Positions 29,025 through 39,042 of a stretch of 64,000 bases of DNA are shown here, in pieces; the first letter of the stretch is position 1, and every line of letters begins with the position of its first letter. The notes beneath the pieces are model-generated. The model had not been told where the DNA came from, did no database searches, and saw only the letters and a program-made list of their open reading frames with translations. A program made the translations under genes and the position numbers. The DNA is from an uncultured Rickettsiales bacterium (lineage in GTDB: Bacteria; Pseudomonadota; Alphaproteobacteria; Rickettsiales; SXRF01). The DNA is taken from the NCBI GenBank assembly GCA_964518725.1, contig CAZFKP010000014.1, positions 1,066 to 65,065 of the forward strand, given 5' to 3'.

Positions 29025-29972
29025 ATGATCGCATCGCACCCCATTATCACCATTGTCGGCGGCTCCGGTTTCCTTGGCCGCTATGTTATCAAAGAACTGG
29101 CCAAAGCCGGATATCGGCTCCGTGTCATTTCGCGCAATCCCGATGCCGCGCTGCATTTGAAAACCGCGGGCGACCCCGGGCAAATCGTGCTGGTTTCCGG
29201 CAACATCGCCCGCCCGGAAACCCTCGCAGGCAAGCTCGCCGGGTCGTATGCCGTCGTCAACCTGGTCGGCATCCTGTTTGAAACCGGCGCACAGACCTTT
29301 GACGCCATTCAGGCGCGTGGGGCGGAAAATCTGGCGAAAATGGCGCGCGCTGACGGTGTTCAGCGTTTCATCCAGCTTTCGGCACTCGGTGTCGATAAGG
29401 CCATAGGATCACATTACGCCCGCACCAAGCTGATGGGAGAAAAGGCCGTGATTGCCGCCTTCCCTACTGCCACGATCCTGCGCCCAAGCGTCATTTTCGG
29501 GGCAGAGGACAATTTCTTCAACCAGTTTGCCGCCGCCCCCATCATCCCGATCATCGGTGGCGGGGAAACCCGCTTCCAACCGGTCTATGCCGATGACGTC
29601 GCCAAAGCCGTAGCGCACGCGATCGCCCGACCGGAAACCGCCGGCCAAACCTACGAGCTGGGCGGTTCCGCAGTGTATAGCTTTAAATCGCTGATGGATT
29701 TTGTCCAGCGCGCCATCGACAAAAAGAAGCTCTTACTGCCGCTTTCCTTCGGGATGGCGGCGCTGATGGCATTCACATTCGAGCTTGCCTTCACGCTGAT
29801 TCCGCTCATCCGCCGACCACTGCTCACCCGCGACCAGGTGCGCCTGCTCAGGCAGGATAACGTTGTAAGCGCCGGGGCAAAAACCTTTGCAGAACTCGGC
29901 ATCACCCCCACCAGCATTAAGGATGTCGTACCGCAGTACCTTGCGCGCTTTAACCCTAAAAAGGCACGGTAA
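29025..29972 (+). CDS. NAD(P)-binding epimerase-fold protein, complex I NDUFA9-like family
   Basis: IVGGSGFLGRYV Rossmann motif and YARTK catalytic-like motif, with a C-terminal hydrophobic segment. Start taken at ATG 29025 rather than TTG 28965. Confidence 0.8.
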   Translation: MIASHPIITIVGGSGFLGRYVIKELAKAGYRLRVISRNPDAALHLKTAGDPGQIVLVSGNIARPETLAGKLAGSYAVVNLVGILFETGAQTFDAIQARGAENLAKMARADGVQRFIQLSALGVDKAIGSHYARTKLMGEKAVIAAFPTATILRPSVIFGAEDNFFNQFAAAPIIPIIGGGETRFQPVYADDVAKAVAHAIARPETAGQTYELGGSAVYSFKSLMDFVQRAIDKKKLLLPLSFGMAALMAFTFELAFTLIPLIRRPLLTRDQVRLLRQDNVVSAGAKTFAELGITPTSIKDVVPQYLARFNPKKAR

Positions 29973-31385
29973 ATGCTCGATTTCACCCACACGGAACAGG
30001 AATACCCCGAGGTAAAACCCGCAGCGCTACGCAAGGGTGATTTCGATGAAATCTATGCCCAGTTTGCAGCACAGGAAGCCGCCAACCAGGCGGCGCGCTG
30101 CTCGCAATGCGGCATTCCGTTCTGCCAGATTCACTGCCCACTGCAAAACAATATCCCCGACTGGTTAAAGCTCGCAGCTGAAGGCCGGCTGGAAGAGGCG
30201 TATGCCATTTCTTCCGCCACCAACAATTTCCCGGAAATTTGCGGCCGCATCTGCCCGCAGGACAAGCTCTGCGAAGGCAACTGCGTCATCGAGAAAGATT
30301 TCGGCTCGGTGACCATCGGCGCGATTGAGCGCTACATCACCGAAAAAGCCTTCGAGAATGGCTGGGTGAAACCGGCAATAAGTCTCGCGGAAACAGGCAG
30401 AAGCGTCGCCATCATCGGCGCGGGACCTGCCGGGCTTGCGGGCGCCGACATGCTTCGCCGCAAAGGGTACGCGGTGCATGTCTATGACCGCTATGACCGC
30501 ACCGGTGGGCTGCTGGTTTACGGCATCCCTAATTTCAAGCTTGAAAAAGAAGTTGTGGCACGCCGGCATCGGCTGCTTGAAGAAAGCGGCATTGTATTTT
30601 ACCACAACCAGAACATCGGAATCACTACAACGCTTGATGCGTTACGGAACCGTTACGATGCCGTATTGATCGCTACCGGCGTATACAAAGCCCGTGAAAT
30701 CGAGCTGCCGGAACATCATTTGCCCGGCGTGCGGGCAGCGCTTGATTACTTGACGGCCAGCAACCGCAAGGGGCTGGGCGATGCCGTGCCGGAGTTTGAC
30801 AGTGGCGAACTTGATGCCAAAGGCAAACATGTCGTCGTCATCGGCGGCGGCGACACGGCGATGGATTGTGTGCGTACCGCCGTGCGCCAGGGCGCCAAGA
30901 AAGTGACCTGCCTTTACCGCCGTGATAAAGTGAACATGCCGGGTTCGGCTCGCGAAGTGAAAAATGCCGAGGAAGAAGGCGTCGAATTTTCGTGGCTATA
31001 CGCCCCCAAAGCCTTCATCGGCAAAAATAAAATTGAACAGGTGCTGGTGCAGAGAATGCGCCTGGCGAGTCATGATAAAGCCGGACGGGCAAGCGTCGTG
31101 CCCATCGAGGGTGAAACCGTCAACCTCAAGGCTGACATGGTGATTAAAGCACTGGGCTATGACGCAGAAGACTTGCCGACGATGTTTGGTGCACCCGAAC
31201 TCAAACTCTCGCCGTATGGTACGCTCGCGGTGAACACCCAGTTTGAAACTAGCCTGCCCGGCGTATTCGCCGCTGGTGATATCGTGCGTGGCGCCTCGCT
31301 CGTCGTCTGGGCGATCCGCGACGGGCGGGATGCCGCCGAGGCCATCCACCAGAAACTTTCCTCCGCGGAAAGGAAGGTGGCGTAA
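29973..31385 (+). CDS. gltD: glutamate synthase (NADPH) small subunit
   Basis: 470 aa with Fe-S Cys cluster CSQCGIPFCQIHCP and two dinucleotide motifs (IIGAGPAGLA, VVIGGGDTAMD). Confidence 0.95.
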   Translation: MLDFTHTEQEYPEVKPAALRKGDFDEIYAQFAAQEAANQAARCSQCGIPFCQIHCPLQNNIPDWLKLAAEGRLEEAYAISSATNNFPEICGRICPQDKLCEGNCVIEKDFGSVTIGAIERYITEKAFENGWVKPAISLAETGRSVAIIGAGPAGLAGADMLRRKGYAVHVYDRYDRTGGLLVYGIPNFKLEKEVVARRHRLLEESGIVFYHNQNIGITTTLDALRNRYDAVLIATGVYKAREIELPEHHLPGVRAALDYLTASNRKGLGDAVPEFDSGELDAKGKHVVVIGGGDTAMDCVRTAVRQGAKKVTCLYRRDKVNMPGSAREVKNAEEEGVEFSWLYAPKAFIGKNKIEQVLVQRMRLASHDKAGRASVVPIEGETVNLKADMVIKALGYDAEDLPTMFGAPELKLSPYGTLAVNTQFETSLPGVFAAGDIVRGASLVVWAIRDGRDAAEAIHQKLSSAERKVA

Positions 31386-34300
31386 TGGCCTTCTTTAGCT
31401 GGAGTGATGACTGGAATAAACGTGCCGCCAAACTCGCCGCCGAGGGCATGTATGATGCCGCAAATGAACATGACGCCTGCGGCGTCGGCTTTGTCGCCAG
31501 CATCGACGGCAATCCAAGCCGTGCGATCGTCGAGGCGGGTATCACGGCGCTGAAAGCCGTCTATCACCGCGGCGCCGTGGATGCAGACGGAAAAACCGGT
31601 GACGGCGCCGGCATTCATATCGAAATCCCGCACGATTTCTTCCAGGAGCAAATTACCCGCTCCGGGCGCGGGCTGCTCGGTGACGCGCTGGCCGTCGGCA
31701 TGATGTTCCTACCGAAGAAGAATTTCGCCGCCCAGGAAACCTGCCGCTCGATCGTCGAGGCCGAGATCCAGAAATTCGGCTACAAGCTTTACGGCTGGCG
31801 GCAAGTGCCGGTGCATGCCGAAGTAATCGGAGAAATCGCCGGCGATTCCCGCCCGGAAATCGAACAGATACTGATCGCCGGCAAGAACGATGAGGATGGC
31901 AAGAAATTTGAGCTCAATCTCTATTTCATCCGCAAGCGCATCGAGAACGCCGTCCGCGCCGCCGGGATCAATGATTTCTACGTTTGTTCGCTCTCGTCGC
32001 GCTCGATCATTTACAAGGGGTTGTTCAAAGCCGAGCAGCTCACGGCGTTTTATCCCGACCTGCTCGATCCGCGTTTCATTTCATCGTTCGCGATCTTCCA
32101 CCAGCGCTTTTCCACCAATACGGCACCGGCGTGGCACCTCGCCCAACCCTTCCGCATGATCGCCCATAACGGCGAAATCAACACGCTGAAGGGTAACATC
32201 AATTTCATGCGGAGCCACGAAGCAAATTTTTCAGCACCGGCCTATGAGGACTACCTTGAGGACATCGTCCCGGTTATCCCGAGCAATACGTCCGATACCG
32301 GCGCGCTCGATGCCGTGTTCGAGGTGCTGACCCGTGCCGGCCACCCGCTGCCGCTTTCCAAGCTGATCCTTATTCCGCCGGCGTGGGCACAAACGCCGGA
32401 TGTGCCGATGCCACACAAGGAAATGTACAGCTTCCTGAATTCCCTGTCCGAACAGTGGGACGGCCCTGCCGCCATTGCCGCCACTGACGGCGAATGGGTC
32501 ATCGGCGGGCTGGATCGGAACGGCCTGCGCCCGCTTCGCTACACCATCACCAAGCAGGGCATGATGATCGCCGCCTCGGAATCGGGGATGGTCGACGTCG
32601 CCGACACCGACATCGTCGAGCGCGGCAGGCTCGGCCCTGGCGATATACTCGGTATCCACCTGCCAACCGGCAAACTCTATCGCGACCGCGAGCTGAAAGA
32701 CCTGCTCGCCAGCCAGTACCCCTACGGCGAGTGGGTGACAAACAGCATTCGCCTGAAAGACCTGCCGCCTGCCACCGGCGCCGCCATCGCCGCCGATAAT
32801 CTTCGCCCGCTCCAACTTGCCAGCGGCTATACCCACGAAGACATTGAAACCATCCTCCACCCCATGGCGGCCGACGGCAAGGAAGCCGTTGGCAGCATGG
32901 GCGACGACACGCCGCTTGCCGTGCTCTCCGACAAGCATCGCGGCTTCCACCATTTCTTCCGCCAGAATTTCTCACAGGTGACCAACCCGCCGATCGATTC
33001 CTTACGCGAACGCCGGGTGATGAGCCTCACCACCCGCTTCGGCAATGACGGCAACTACCTCGCCATTGACGGTTCGCACTCCAGCGTGCTGGTCGTCGAT
33101 TCACCGATTCTGCTGGCGCATGAGATGGCAACCATCCAGCGCCATTTCGCCGCCCGGATCGCCGAAATCGACACGTTGTTTGACGCGCACGGCGAAGGAA
33201 ACCCGCTGCGTAAGGGGCTCGACCGCGTGATCGCTGAAGCCGAATCTGCCATCCGCGCCGGCAAGAACTACATCCTCCTCACCGACGAGCGCATTGATGA
33301 GGATCATATCGCCATCCCGATGATTTTTGCCATCTCGGCGCTGCAAAGTCACCTGGTCAAGCACAAGCTGCGTAAACGGACCTCGATTCTGGTTCGCACC
33401 TCCAAGTGTTTCGACGTGCATTCCGCTGCCGTAATGATTGGTTGCGGCGCCACCGTCATCCACCCATACCTTGCCGAAGCCACCATCGTGGAACGTGCCC
33501 AGCGCGGACTGCTGAAAGACGCCAGCACCGCCGTCGAGAATTTCCGCGAAGCGATGGGGCAAGGGTTGCTCAAAATCATGTCGAAAATGGGGATTTCGAT
33601 CATCGCCGCCTACCGTGGCGGCCTGAATTTCGAGGCTATCGGCCTGTCCCGGGCACTCGTCGCCGAATTCTTCCCCGGCCTACCCTCGCGCATCTCCGGT
33701 ATCGGTCTGGCGGGCATCGAGACCCGCGCACGCGCCTGCCACGCACTTGCCTTTGACACACCGGCAAATAGCACCGCAAGCGTTATACCGCTCCCGCTCG
33801 GCGGCTTTTACCGCGCCCGCGCCCGCGAGGAACAGCATGCGTGGGAAGGCACGCTTACCCACCTGCTGCAAAGCGCAGTGGCCAAGGGATCCTTTTCGCT
33901 GTTCAAGCAATATTCCGACGGCGTGCGCGCCATGCCGCCGATCCATTTGCGCGATTTGCTGGATTTCCGCTCGCCGAACCCGGCCATCGATATCGACCAG
34001 GTGGAGTCAATTACCGAAATCCGCAAGCGTTTCATCGCACCGGCCATGTCACTTGGTGCGCTGTCACCGGAAGCACACCAGACCCTTGCCATCGCGATGA
34101 ATAAGATCGGGGCGGCGTCGAATTCCGGCGAAGGCGGCGAAGGGGCGGAACGCTATAAACCGCTGGATAACGGCGACAACGCCAACTCAACCATCAAGCA
34201 GGTGGCCAGCGGCCGTTTCGGCGTCACCGCCGAATATTTAAACAGCGCGCAGGAGCTGCAAATCAAAGTGGCACAAGGTGCCAAGCCCGGCGAAGGCGGC

Positions 34301-35917
34301 CAGCTGCCGGGATTTAAAGTAACGGTGGAAATCGCTCGCTTGCGCCACGCCACGCCCGGCGTAATGTTGATCTCGCCGCCGCCTCACCATGATATTTATT
34401 CCATCGAAGATCTGGCACAACTCATCTATGACCTGAAACAAATCAACCCGCAGGCACTGGTATCGGTCAAGCTGGTCGCACAATCGGGCATCGGCACCAT
34501 TGCCAGCGGCGTTGCCAAGGCCATGGCGGATAAAATCGTCATCGCCGGGCATTCGGGCGGCACGGGCGCCAGCCCCTGGAGCAGCATCAAGCATGCGGGC
34601 ATCCCTTGGGAAATGGGGCTTGCCGAAGCCAACCAGGTGCTGACGCTCAACCGCATGCGCCACCGCGTGAAACTGCAAACCGACGGCGGCCTGAAAACCG
34701 GCCGCGATATCGTCATCGCCGCCATGCTCGGCGCCGAAGAATTCGCGCTCGGCACCGCCTCGCTGGTTGCCATGGGCTGCATCCTCGTCCGCCAGTGCCA
34801 CATGAACACCTGCCCGGTCGGCATCACCACGCAAGACCCGGCGCTACGAGCGAAATTTGACGGCACGGTTGATAAGGTCGTGAATTTATTTTCCTTCGTC
34901 GCCGAAGAAGTGCGCGAAATTCTTGCATCGCTCGGCTTTGCCAACCTGAATGACATTATCGGGCGAACCGACCTGCTGACTCAGGTAAGCCGCGGCAATA
35001 ACGAGCTGGTTGACCTCGACCTCAACAACATCCTGGCGCAGGCTGATAGTGGCGGCCACACACGTTATTGCACCCTCGTTGGCCGCAACGAAGTGCCCGA
35101 TACGCTCGACGCGCAGATGCTGAAAGATGCCGCTGAAGCACTCGCGCATGGCCAGAAAATCCAACTCGCCTATACGGTCAGGAATACCATGCGCGCCATT
35201 GGCACGCGGCTTTCGGCGATGATGGTGCGCGGAGGCGACACCAGCCAGCTCCAGCCCGACCACATCACGCTGCGCCTGCGCGGCTCGGCCGGACAATCGC
35301 TTGGTGCCTTTGCCACTCGCGGCGTGCGTATCGAGCTGCTCGGCGATGCCAACGATTATGTCGGCAAAGGCCTCTCCGGTGCCACCATCATCATCCGCCC
35401 CCGCCCTTCCAGCCAGCTTGTGCCGCATGAGAACACGATCATCGGCAATACCGTGCTTTACGGCGCGACCTCCGGAAAACTCTTTGCCTGCGGGCAGGCC
35501 GGCGAACGTTTCGCCGTGCGGAATTCCGGCGCCGATGTCGTGGTCGAAGGTTGCGGCAGCAACGGTTGTGAATACATGACCGGCGGTACCGCCGTGATAC
35601 TCGGATCCATCGGGCATAATTTCGCTGCCGGAATGACTGGCGGCATGGCGTTCATCTACAATCCATCAGGAACGATTGAACTCCGTATCAACAACGAAAC
35701 TGTCCTCTGGCAAGGTGTGGAAAGCAAACACTGGGAAGCGGTGCTCCGCACCATGGTCGAAGAACATTACCGCGAAACCGCATCACCCATCGCCGATACG
35801 ATTCTTTCCGGATGGGTCTACGAATTGCCAAAATTCATCCAAATCTGCCCCAAAGAAATGGTGTCGCGCCTCGCCATGCCGTTATCGGATGTCAATCCTA
35901 AAAAAGCGCGCAACTAG
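31385..35917 (+). CDS. gltB: glutamate synthase large subunit
   Basis: 1510 aa with Ntn amidotransferase Cys (HDACGVGFVA), FMN/3Fe-4S domain and GXGXG C-terminal domain. TAATG overlap with gltD. Confidence 0.97.
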   Translation: MAFFSWSDDWNKRAAKLAAEGMYDAANEHDACGVGFVASIDGNPSRAIVEAGITALKAVYHRGAVDADGKTGDGAGIHIEIPHDFFQEQITRSGRGLLGDALAVGMMFLPKKNFAAQETCRSIVEAEIQKFGYKLYGWRQVPVHAEVIGEIAGDSRPEIEQILIAGKNDEDGKKFELNLYFIRKRIENAVRAAGINDFYVCSLSSRSIIYKGLFKAEQLTAFYPDLLDPRFISSFAIFHQRFSTNTAPAWHLAQPFRMIAHNGEINTLKGNINFMRSHEANFSAPAYEDYLEDIVPVIPSNTSDTGALDAVFEVLTRAGHPLPLSKLILIPPAWAQTPDVPMPHKEMYSFLNSLSEQWDGPAAIAATDGEWVIGGLDRNGLRPLRYTITKQGMMIAASESGMVDVADTDIVERGRLGPGDILGIHLPTGKLYRDRELKDLLASQYPYGEWVTNSIRLKDLPPATGAAIAADNLRPLQLASGYTHEDIETILHPMAADGKEAVGSMGDDTPLAVLSDKHRGFHHFFRQNFSQVTNPPIDSLRERRVMSLTTRFGNDGNYLAIDGSHSSVLVVDSPILLAHEMATIQRHFAARIAEIDTLFDAHGEGNPLRKGLDRVIAEAESAIRAGKNYILLTDERIDEDHIAIPMIFAISALQSHLVKHKLRKRTSILVRTSKCFDVHSAAVMIGCGATVIHPYLAEATIVERAQRGLLKDASTAVENFREAMGQGLLKIMSKMGISIIAAYRGGLNFEAIGLSRALVAEFFPGLPSRISGIGLAGIETRARACHALAFDTPANSTASVIPLPLGGFYRARAREEQHAWEGTLTHLLQSAVAKGSFSLFKQYSDGVRAMPPIHLRDLLDFRSPNPAIDIDQVESITEIRKRFIAPAMSLGALSPEAHQTLAIAMNKIGAASNSGEGGEGAERYKPLDNGDNANSTIKQVASGRFGVTAEYLNSAQELQIKVAQGAKPGEGGQLPGFKVTVEIARLRHATPGVMLISPPPHHDIYSIEDLAQLIYDLKQINPQALVSVKLVAQSGIGTIASGVAKAMADKIVIAGHSGGTGASPWSSIKHAGIPWEMGLAEANQVLTLNRMRHRVKLQTDGGLKTGRDIVIAAMLGAEEFALGTASLVAMGCILVRQCHMNTCPVGITTQDPALRAKFDGTVDKVVNLFSFVAEEVREILASLGFANLNDIIGRTDLLTQVSRGNNELVDLDLNNILAQADSGGHTRYCTLVGRNEVPDTLDAQMLKDAAEALAHGQKIQLAYTVRNTMRAIGTRLSAMMVRGGDTSQLQPDHITLRLRGSAGQSLGAFATRGVRIELLGDANDYVGKGLSGATIIIRPRPSSQLVPHENTIIGNTVLYGATSGKLFACGQAGERFAVRNSGADVVVEGCGSNGCEYMTGGTAVILGSIGHNFAAGMTGGMAFIYNPSGTIELRINNETVLWQGVESKHWEAVLRTMVEEHYRETASPIADTILSGWVYELPKFIQICPKEMVSRLAMPLSDVNPKKARN

Positions 35918-35964
35918 CGAAGTTTTGGGTTGGCACGCAGATCAATTTGCGCCAGTTTAACCCG

Positions 35965-36633
35965 ATGCCGCTCCTATACCATACCCCCCTGTCGCCGTTC
36001 TGCCGCAAAGTGCGGATGTTACTGCGTGAGAAAAATATCGAATTTGACCTGGTGAATGAAAATCCGTGGGATCGCAACCTGGAGTTTTTCGCCCTGAACC
36101 CGGCGGGCGAAGTACCGGTGCTGGTGGAAGATGATGGTGCGGTGATTTCCGGCGCCTATGCCATCTGCGAATATCTGGAAGAACGCTACCCGCAGATCAC
36201 CCTGCTCGGCCACACACCGGCAGAGCGTGCGGAAGTGCGGCGGCTGGTTGACTGGTTCGACCATAAATTCGATTTTGAAGTTACGCAGAATGTGCTGTTC
36301 GAAAAAGCATTCAAACAATATTTTGGGGAAGGAGAACCGGATTCCGCACGTATCCGGCTGGGCAAGCATCACATGCATTACCACCTCGATTATATTGGCT
36401 ATCTGGCGAGTTCGCGTTATTTCCTGGCCGGGGAAAGCCTGACACTCGCCGACCTGGCCGCCAGCGCCCACCTTTCCGCGCTTGATTACCTCGGTGACGT
36501 CGACTGGAATTACAACGCCCCCGCCCGCGGGTGGTACGCACTGATGAAATCCCGCCCCTCCATGCGCTCTATCCTGGTTGAACGCATGCGCGGCGTACGG
36601 CCGCCGGCTTATTATGAAGACCCGGATTTCTGA
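35965..36633 (+). CDS. glutathione S-transferase
   Basis: The thioredoxin-like N-domain LYHTPLSPFCRKVRMLL..EVPVL and a helical C-domain are present. Start taken at ATG 35965. Confidence 0.8.
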   Translation: MPLLYHTPLSPFCRKVRMLLREKNIEFDLVNENPWDRNLEFFALNPAGEVPVLVEDDGAVISGAYAICEYLEERYPQITLLGHTPAERAEVRRLVDWFDHKFDFEVTQNVLFEKAFKQYFGEGEPDSARIRLGKHHMHYHLDYIGYLASSRYFLAGESLTLADLAASAHLSALDYLGDVDWNYNAPARGWYALMKSRPSMRSILVERMRGVRPPAYYEDPDF

Positions 36634-37654
36634 TTACGCGCTCGCGCTTGGCTTCGATGCCGTCGCCTTCACCACCCCTGATTTACCAGTATCCGCCGCG
36701 CTGGGATTGCAGGAATTCATCGGCCAGCACCATCACGGCGACATGGGGTGGATGGAAGAAAAATCCGACCGCCGCCAAAATCCGCGTGTGTTGTGGCCAG
36801 GCGCGCAGTCGGTCATCGTCGTCGGCCATAATTACGCCCCAGCAACCAACCCTCTCGAAAAACTCAATCAAAAAACCATCGGCAACATTTCCTGCTATGC
36901 GCTAAACCGGGATTACCACGACGTCATCAAAAAAAAGTTGAAGGCGCTTGCCCGCTGGATAGCCGCTGAATATGGCTGCGACGTAAAAGTTTTTGTCGAT
37001 ACTGCACCGGTGATGGAAAAACCGCTGGCCGAACAATCCGGACTAGGCTGGCAAGGAAAACATACCTGCCTGGTATCGCGTGAATTCGGAAGCTGGCTGT
37101 TCCTGGGCAGTATTTTTACAACACTTGCATTATCGCCCGACCAACCCGAACAGGATCATTGCGGCACCTGCCGCGCCTGCCTCGATATCTGCCCGACGCA
37201 GGCCTTCACTGCCGAGCGCAAGCTCGATGCCCGCAAATGCATTTCCTACCTTACCATCGAACATCAGGGACAGATCCCGCTGGAGTTCCGGAAGGCGATC
37301 GGCAACCGCATCTATGGCTGCGATGATTGCCTGGCAGTGTGTCCATGGAATAAATTCGCGCAGACTTCTAAAGAAATCGCCTACCACCCGCGCCATGAGC
37401 TGGAAGCGCCGCTGCTTTCTGAACTGGTGAGGCTGGATGACGCCGCCTTCCGGAGCCTGTTTTCCAAATCCCCCGTCAAGCGGATCGGTCGGGAACGGTT
37501 TATCCGCAATGTGCTAATCGCCATCGGTAATTCCGGCGATCCGGCGTTGATTCCCACCATCCAGCTCCTGCGGGAGGATCGTTCGCCACTGATTTCAGAA
37601 ATGGCGCGCTGGGCACTTGAAGAATTGACCAGCATCACTACATCCAGAGCATAA
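36614..37654 (+). CDS. queG: tRNA epoxyqueuosine(34) reductase
   Basis: 4Fe-4S motifs CGTCRACLDICPT and CDDCLAVCPWN, with HEAT-like C-terminus. Start at ATG 36614 overlaps the GST 3' end by 20 nt. Confidence 0.9.
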   Translation: MKTRISDYALALGFDAVAFTTPDLPVSAALGLQEFIGQHHHGDMGWMEEKSDRRQNPRVLWPGAQSVIVVGHNYAPATNPLEKLNQKTIGNISCYALNRDYHDVIKKKLKALARWIAAEYGCDVKVFVDTAPVMEKPLAEQSGLGWQGKHTCLVSREFGSWLFLGSIFTTLALSPDQPEQDHCGTCRACLDICPTQAFTAERKLDARKCISYLTIEHQGQIPLEFRKAIGNRIYGCDDCLAVCPWNKFAQTSKEIAYHPRHELEAPLLSELVRLDDAAFRSLFSKSPVKRIGRERFIRNVLIAIGNSGDPALIPTIQLLREDRSPLISEMARWALEELTSITTSRA

Positions 37655-37665
37655 GGAGAACCCAT

Positions 37666-37932
37666 ATGCCCGCCATCACCATCTACACCAAAGATTATTG
37701 CCCCTACTGCGTCAAAGCCAAAACCCTGCTGAAACAAAAGGGCATGGAATCGAACATCCGCGAAATCGACATCACCCGTGATGAAACGCTGCAGGCGGAG
37801 ATGATGGAGAAATCCGGCGGGCGCCGCACCGTACCGCAGATTTTCATCGGTGATACCCATGTCGGCGGAGCGGATGATTTATATGCCCTGAACCAGGCCG
37901 GGAAACTCGATTCGCTACTAGCAGCCAATTAA
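37666..37932 (+). CDS. grxC: glutaredoxin 3
   Basis: 88 aa with CPYC active site and TVPQIFI..GG motif. Confidence 0.93.
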   Translation: MPAITIYTKDYCPYCVKAKTLLKQKGMESNIREIDITRDETLQAEMMEKSGGRRTVPQIFIGDTHVGGADDLYALNQAGKLDSLLAAN

Positions 37933-38067
37933 TTGATTCACTCCCGGTTATCCGTACCGGTGCCCGTCCTGAAAACCCCGGCTTACCCAAAGCAAGCCGT
38001 ATTGTGCCAAATTACGCATCCGTCGATGCGGGCTTTCTAAGCTGTTCGTGGTTCTTTCATACGCGAT

Positions 38068-38175
38068 TCTCCCTTTCGTTAGGGCGGGGAATGATGCCGT
38101 TGCATTCAGCCTAACTGCCGCCCTCAGGGAGAGTGTCCCACGTGCGTCGCACATTATCGTGCCGCACGTTCCGTT
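38068..38175 (+). other. structured leader/ncRNA candidate (two nested hairpin modules)
   Basis: Module 1: TCTCCCT (38068-74) pairs with AGGGAGA (38126-32). This encloses AGGGCGG (38081-87)/CCGCCCT (38118-24), which encloses GAATG/CATTC. Module 2: ACGTGCG/CGCACGT enclosing GCAC/GTGC (about 38140-38175). The region ends 26 nt before the ATG at 38201. Confidence 0.4.
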
Positions 38176-38200
38176 CCCGACTCGTTCGAGGATCAAGAAA

Positions 38201-38764
38201 ATGCAGAAGATCACCGCAGCTCTGTTCACCGCCGTTCTGTGCCTCGTCAGCTCCACCGCCTTCGCCCAGTTCGGTGGCACCAACCCGGATGACTGGGCTG
38301 GGCCGTATGAGTTGAAGATGCCCGACATCTGGGATTGGGAAATATTTCCCACAAGGGAAGATGGGGTGACGATCACCACACCGCAGGGTAATTTCAACAT
38401 CCATGGAAATATCAGAATTCATGTGATGTCGAAAAACCGGTTGGGAATCTCCTTCCCAACTGGGAACACAATGTGGCGGGTGTCGTGTTACCACCCCGAG
38501 GGGTACTTAATGACCCTCGACGGGCTGCGTCCCAACCTCGGGCACCTGCCCGACGGGCGCGACGCAGATGGTAACCCGGAGTTCAAAGAGGTTTACCCCT
38601 ATTTGGACTTCAAAAAGGGGCGGAAGATCACCTCCTACACGCTGGACATCGTCCCGCTGAAGGAGGAAAAAGCCGCCCCAGAGCCGCCGAAAGAGGAGGC
38701 CCCTAAAAAGGCCAAGCCTAAAAAAACGGCGCCAAGCGGCGAGCCGGTAGCTTCCCAAAGCTAA
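38201..38764 (+). CDS. secreted hypothetical protein with K/P/E-rich tail
   Basis: Track ORF is 38048..38764. I prefer ATG 38201, giving the signal peptide MQKITAALFTAVLCLVSSTAFA-QF. The C-terminus is EEKAAPEPPKEEAPKKAKPKK. A strong terminator follows. Confidence 0.65.
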   Translation: MQKITAALFTAVLCLVSSTAFAQFGGTNPDDWAGPYELKMPDIWDWEIFPTREDGVTITTPQGNFNIHGNIRIHVMSKNRLGISFPTGNTMWRVSCYHPEGYLMTLDGLRPNLGHLPDGRDADGNPEFKEVYPYLDFKKGRKITSYTLDIVPLKEEKAAPEPPKEEAPKKAKPKKTAPSGEPVASQS

Positions 38765-38788
38765 CCCGGCTCCGCCGTCTAAACAATC

Positions 38789-38828
38789 GACCCGACGCAC
38801 CTCACCAAGGTGCGCCGGGTCTTTTTTT
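38789..38828 (+). terminator. rho-independent terminator
   Basis: GACCCGACGCACC-tcaccaa-GGTGCGCCGGGTC (12 of 13 positions paired) followed by a T7 run. Confidence 0.85.
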
Positions 38829-38979
38829 GTCTGGTTGCGGCGGCAACCACAATATCTAGCCCCCTCATTTCAGTTGCAGAAAAGCAACAGCACTAAACTT
38901 AAGTGAAGTTTTTACCATCACCACTACATATTGTTGGTGCAGCAGTAGTAAATATTGTGTAAAAGAAAACCAATTTGGG

Positions 38980-39007
38980 TGGCAAATACAATATATTGTA
39001 TGGCAAA
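38980..39007. repeat. perfect 14-bp palindrome TACAATATATTGTA flanked by direct TGGCAAA repeats
   Basis: Read directly: TGGCAAA (38980-86), TACAATATATTGTA (38987-39000), TGGCAAA (39001-07). This is ~36 nt upstream of the histidine kinase start. The heptamer ATATTGT also occurs at 38928 and 38952. Confidence 0.8.
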
Positions 39008-39042
39008 AGCTGGCGGGGCAGATGCCATAGAATAGGGGCAAG

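Noticed and set aside
38081-38130. CCGCCCTCAGGG in the structured spacer resembles the CCGCCUGGGC element of ZTP (pfl) riboswitches.
   Set aside because: The 5' sub-domain consensus and pseudoknot partners are not present, and the downstream gene is not a purine or folate gene. I report it only as an unclassified structure.
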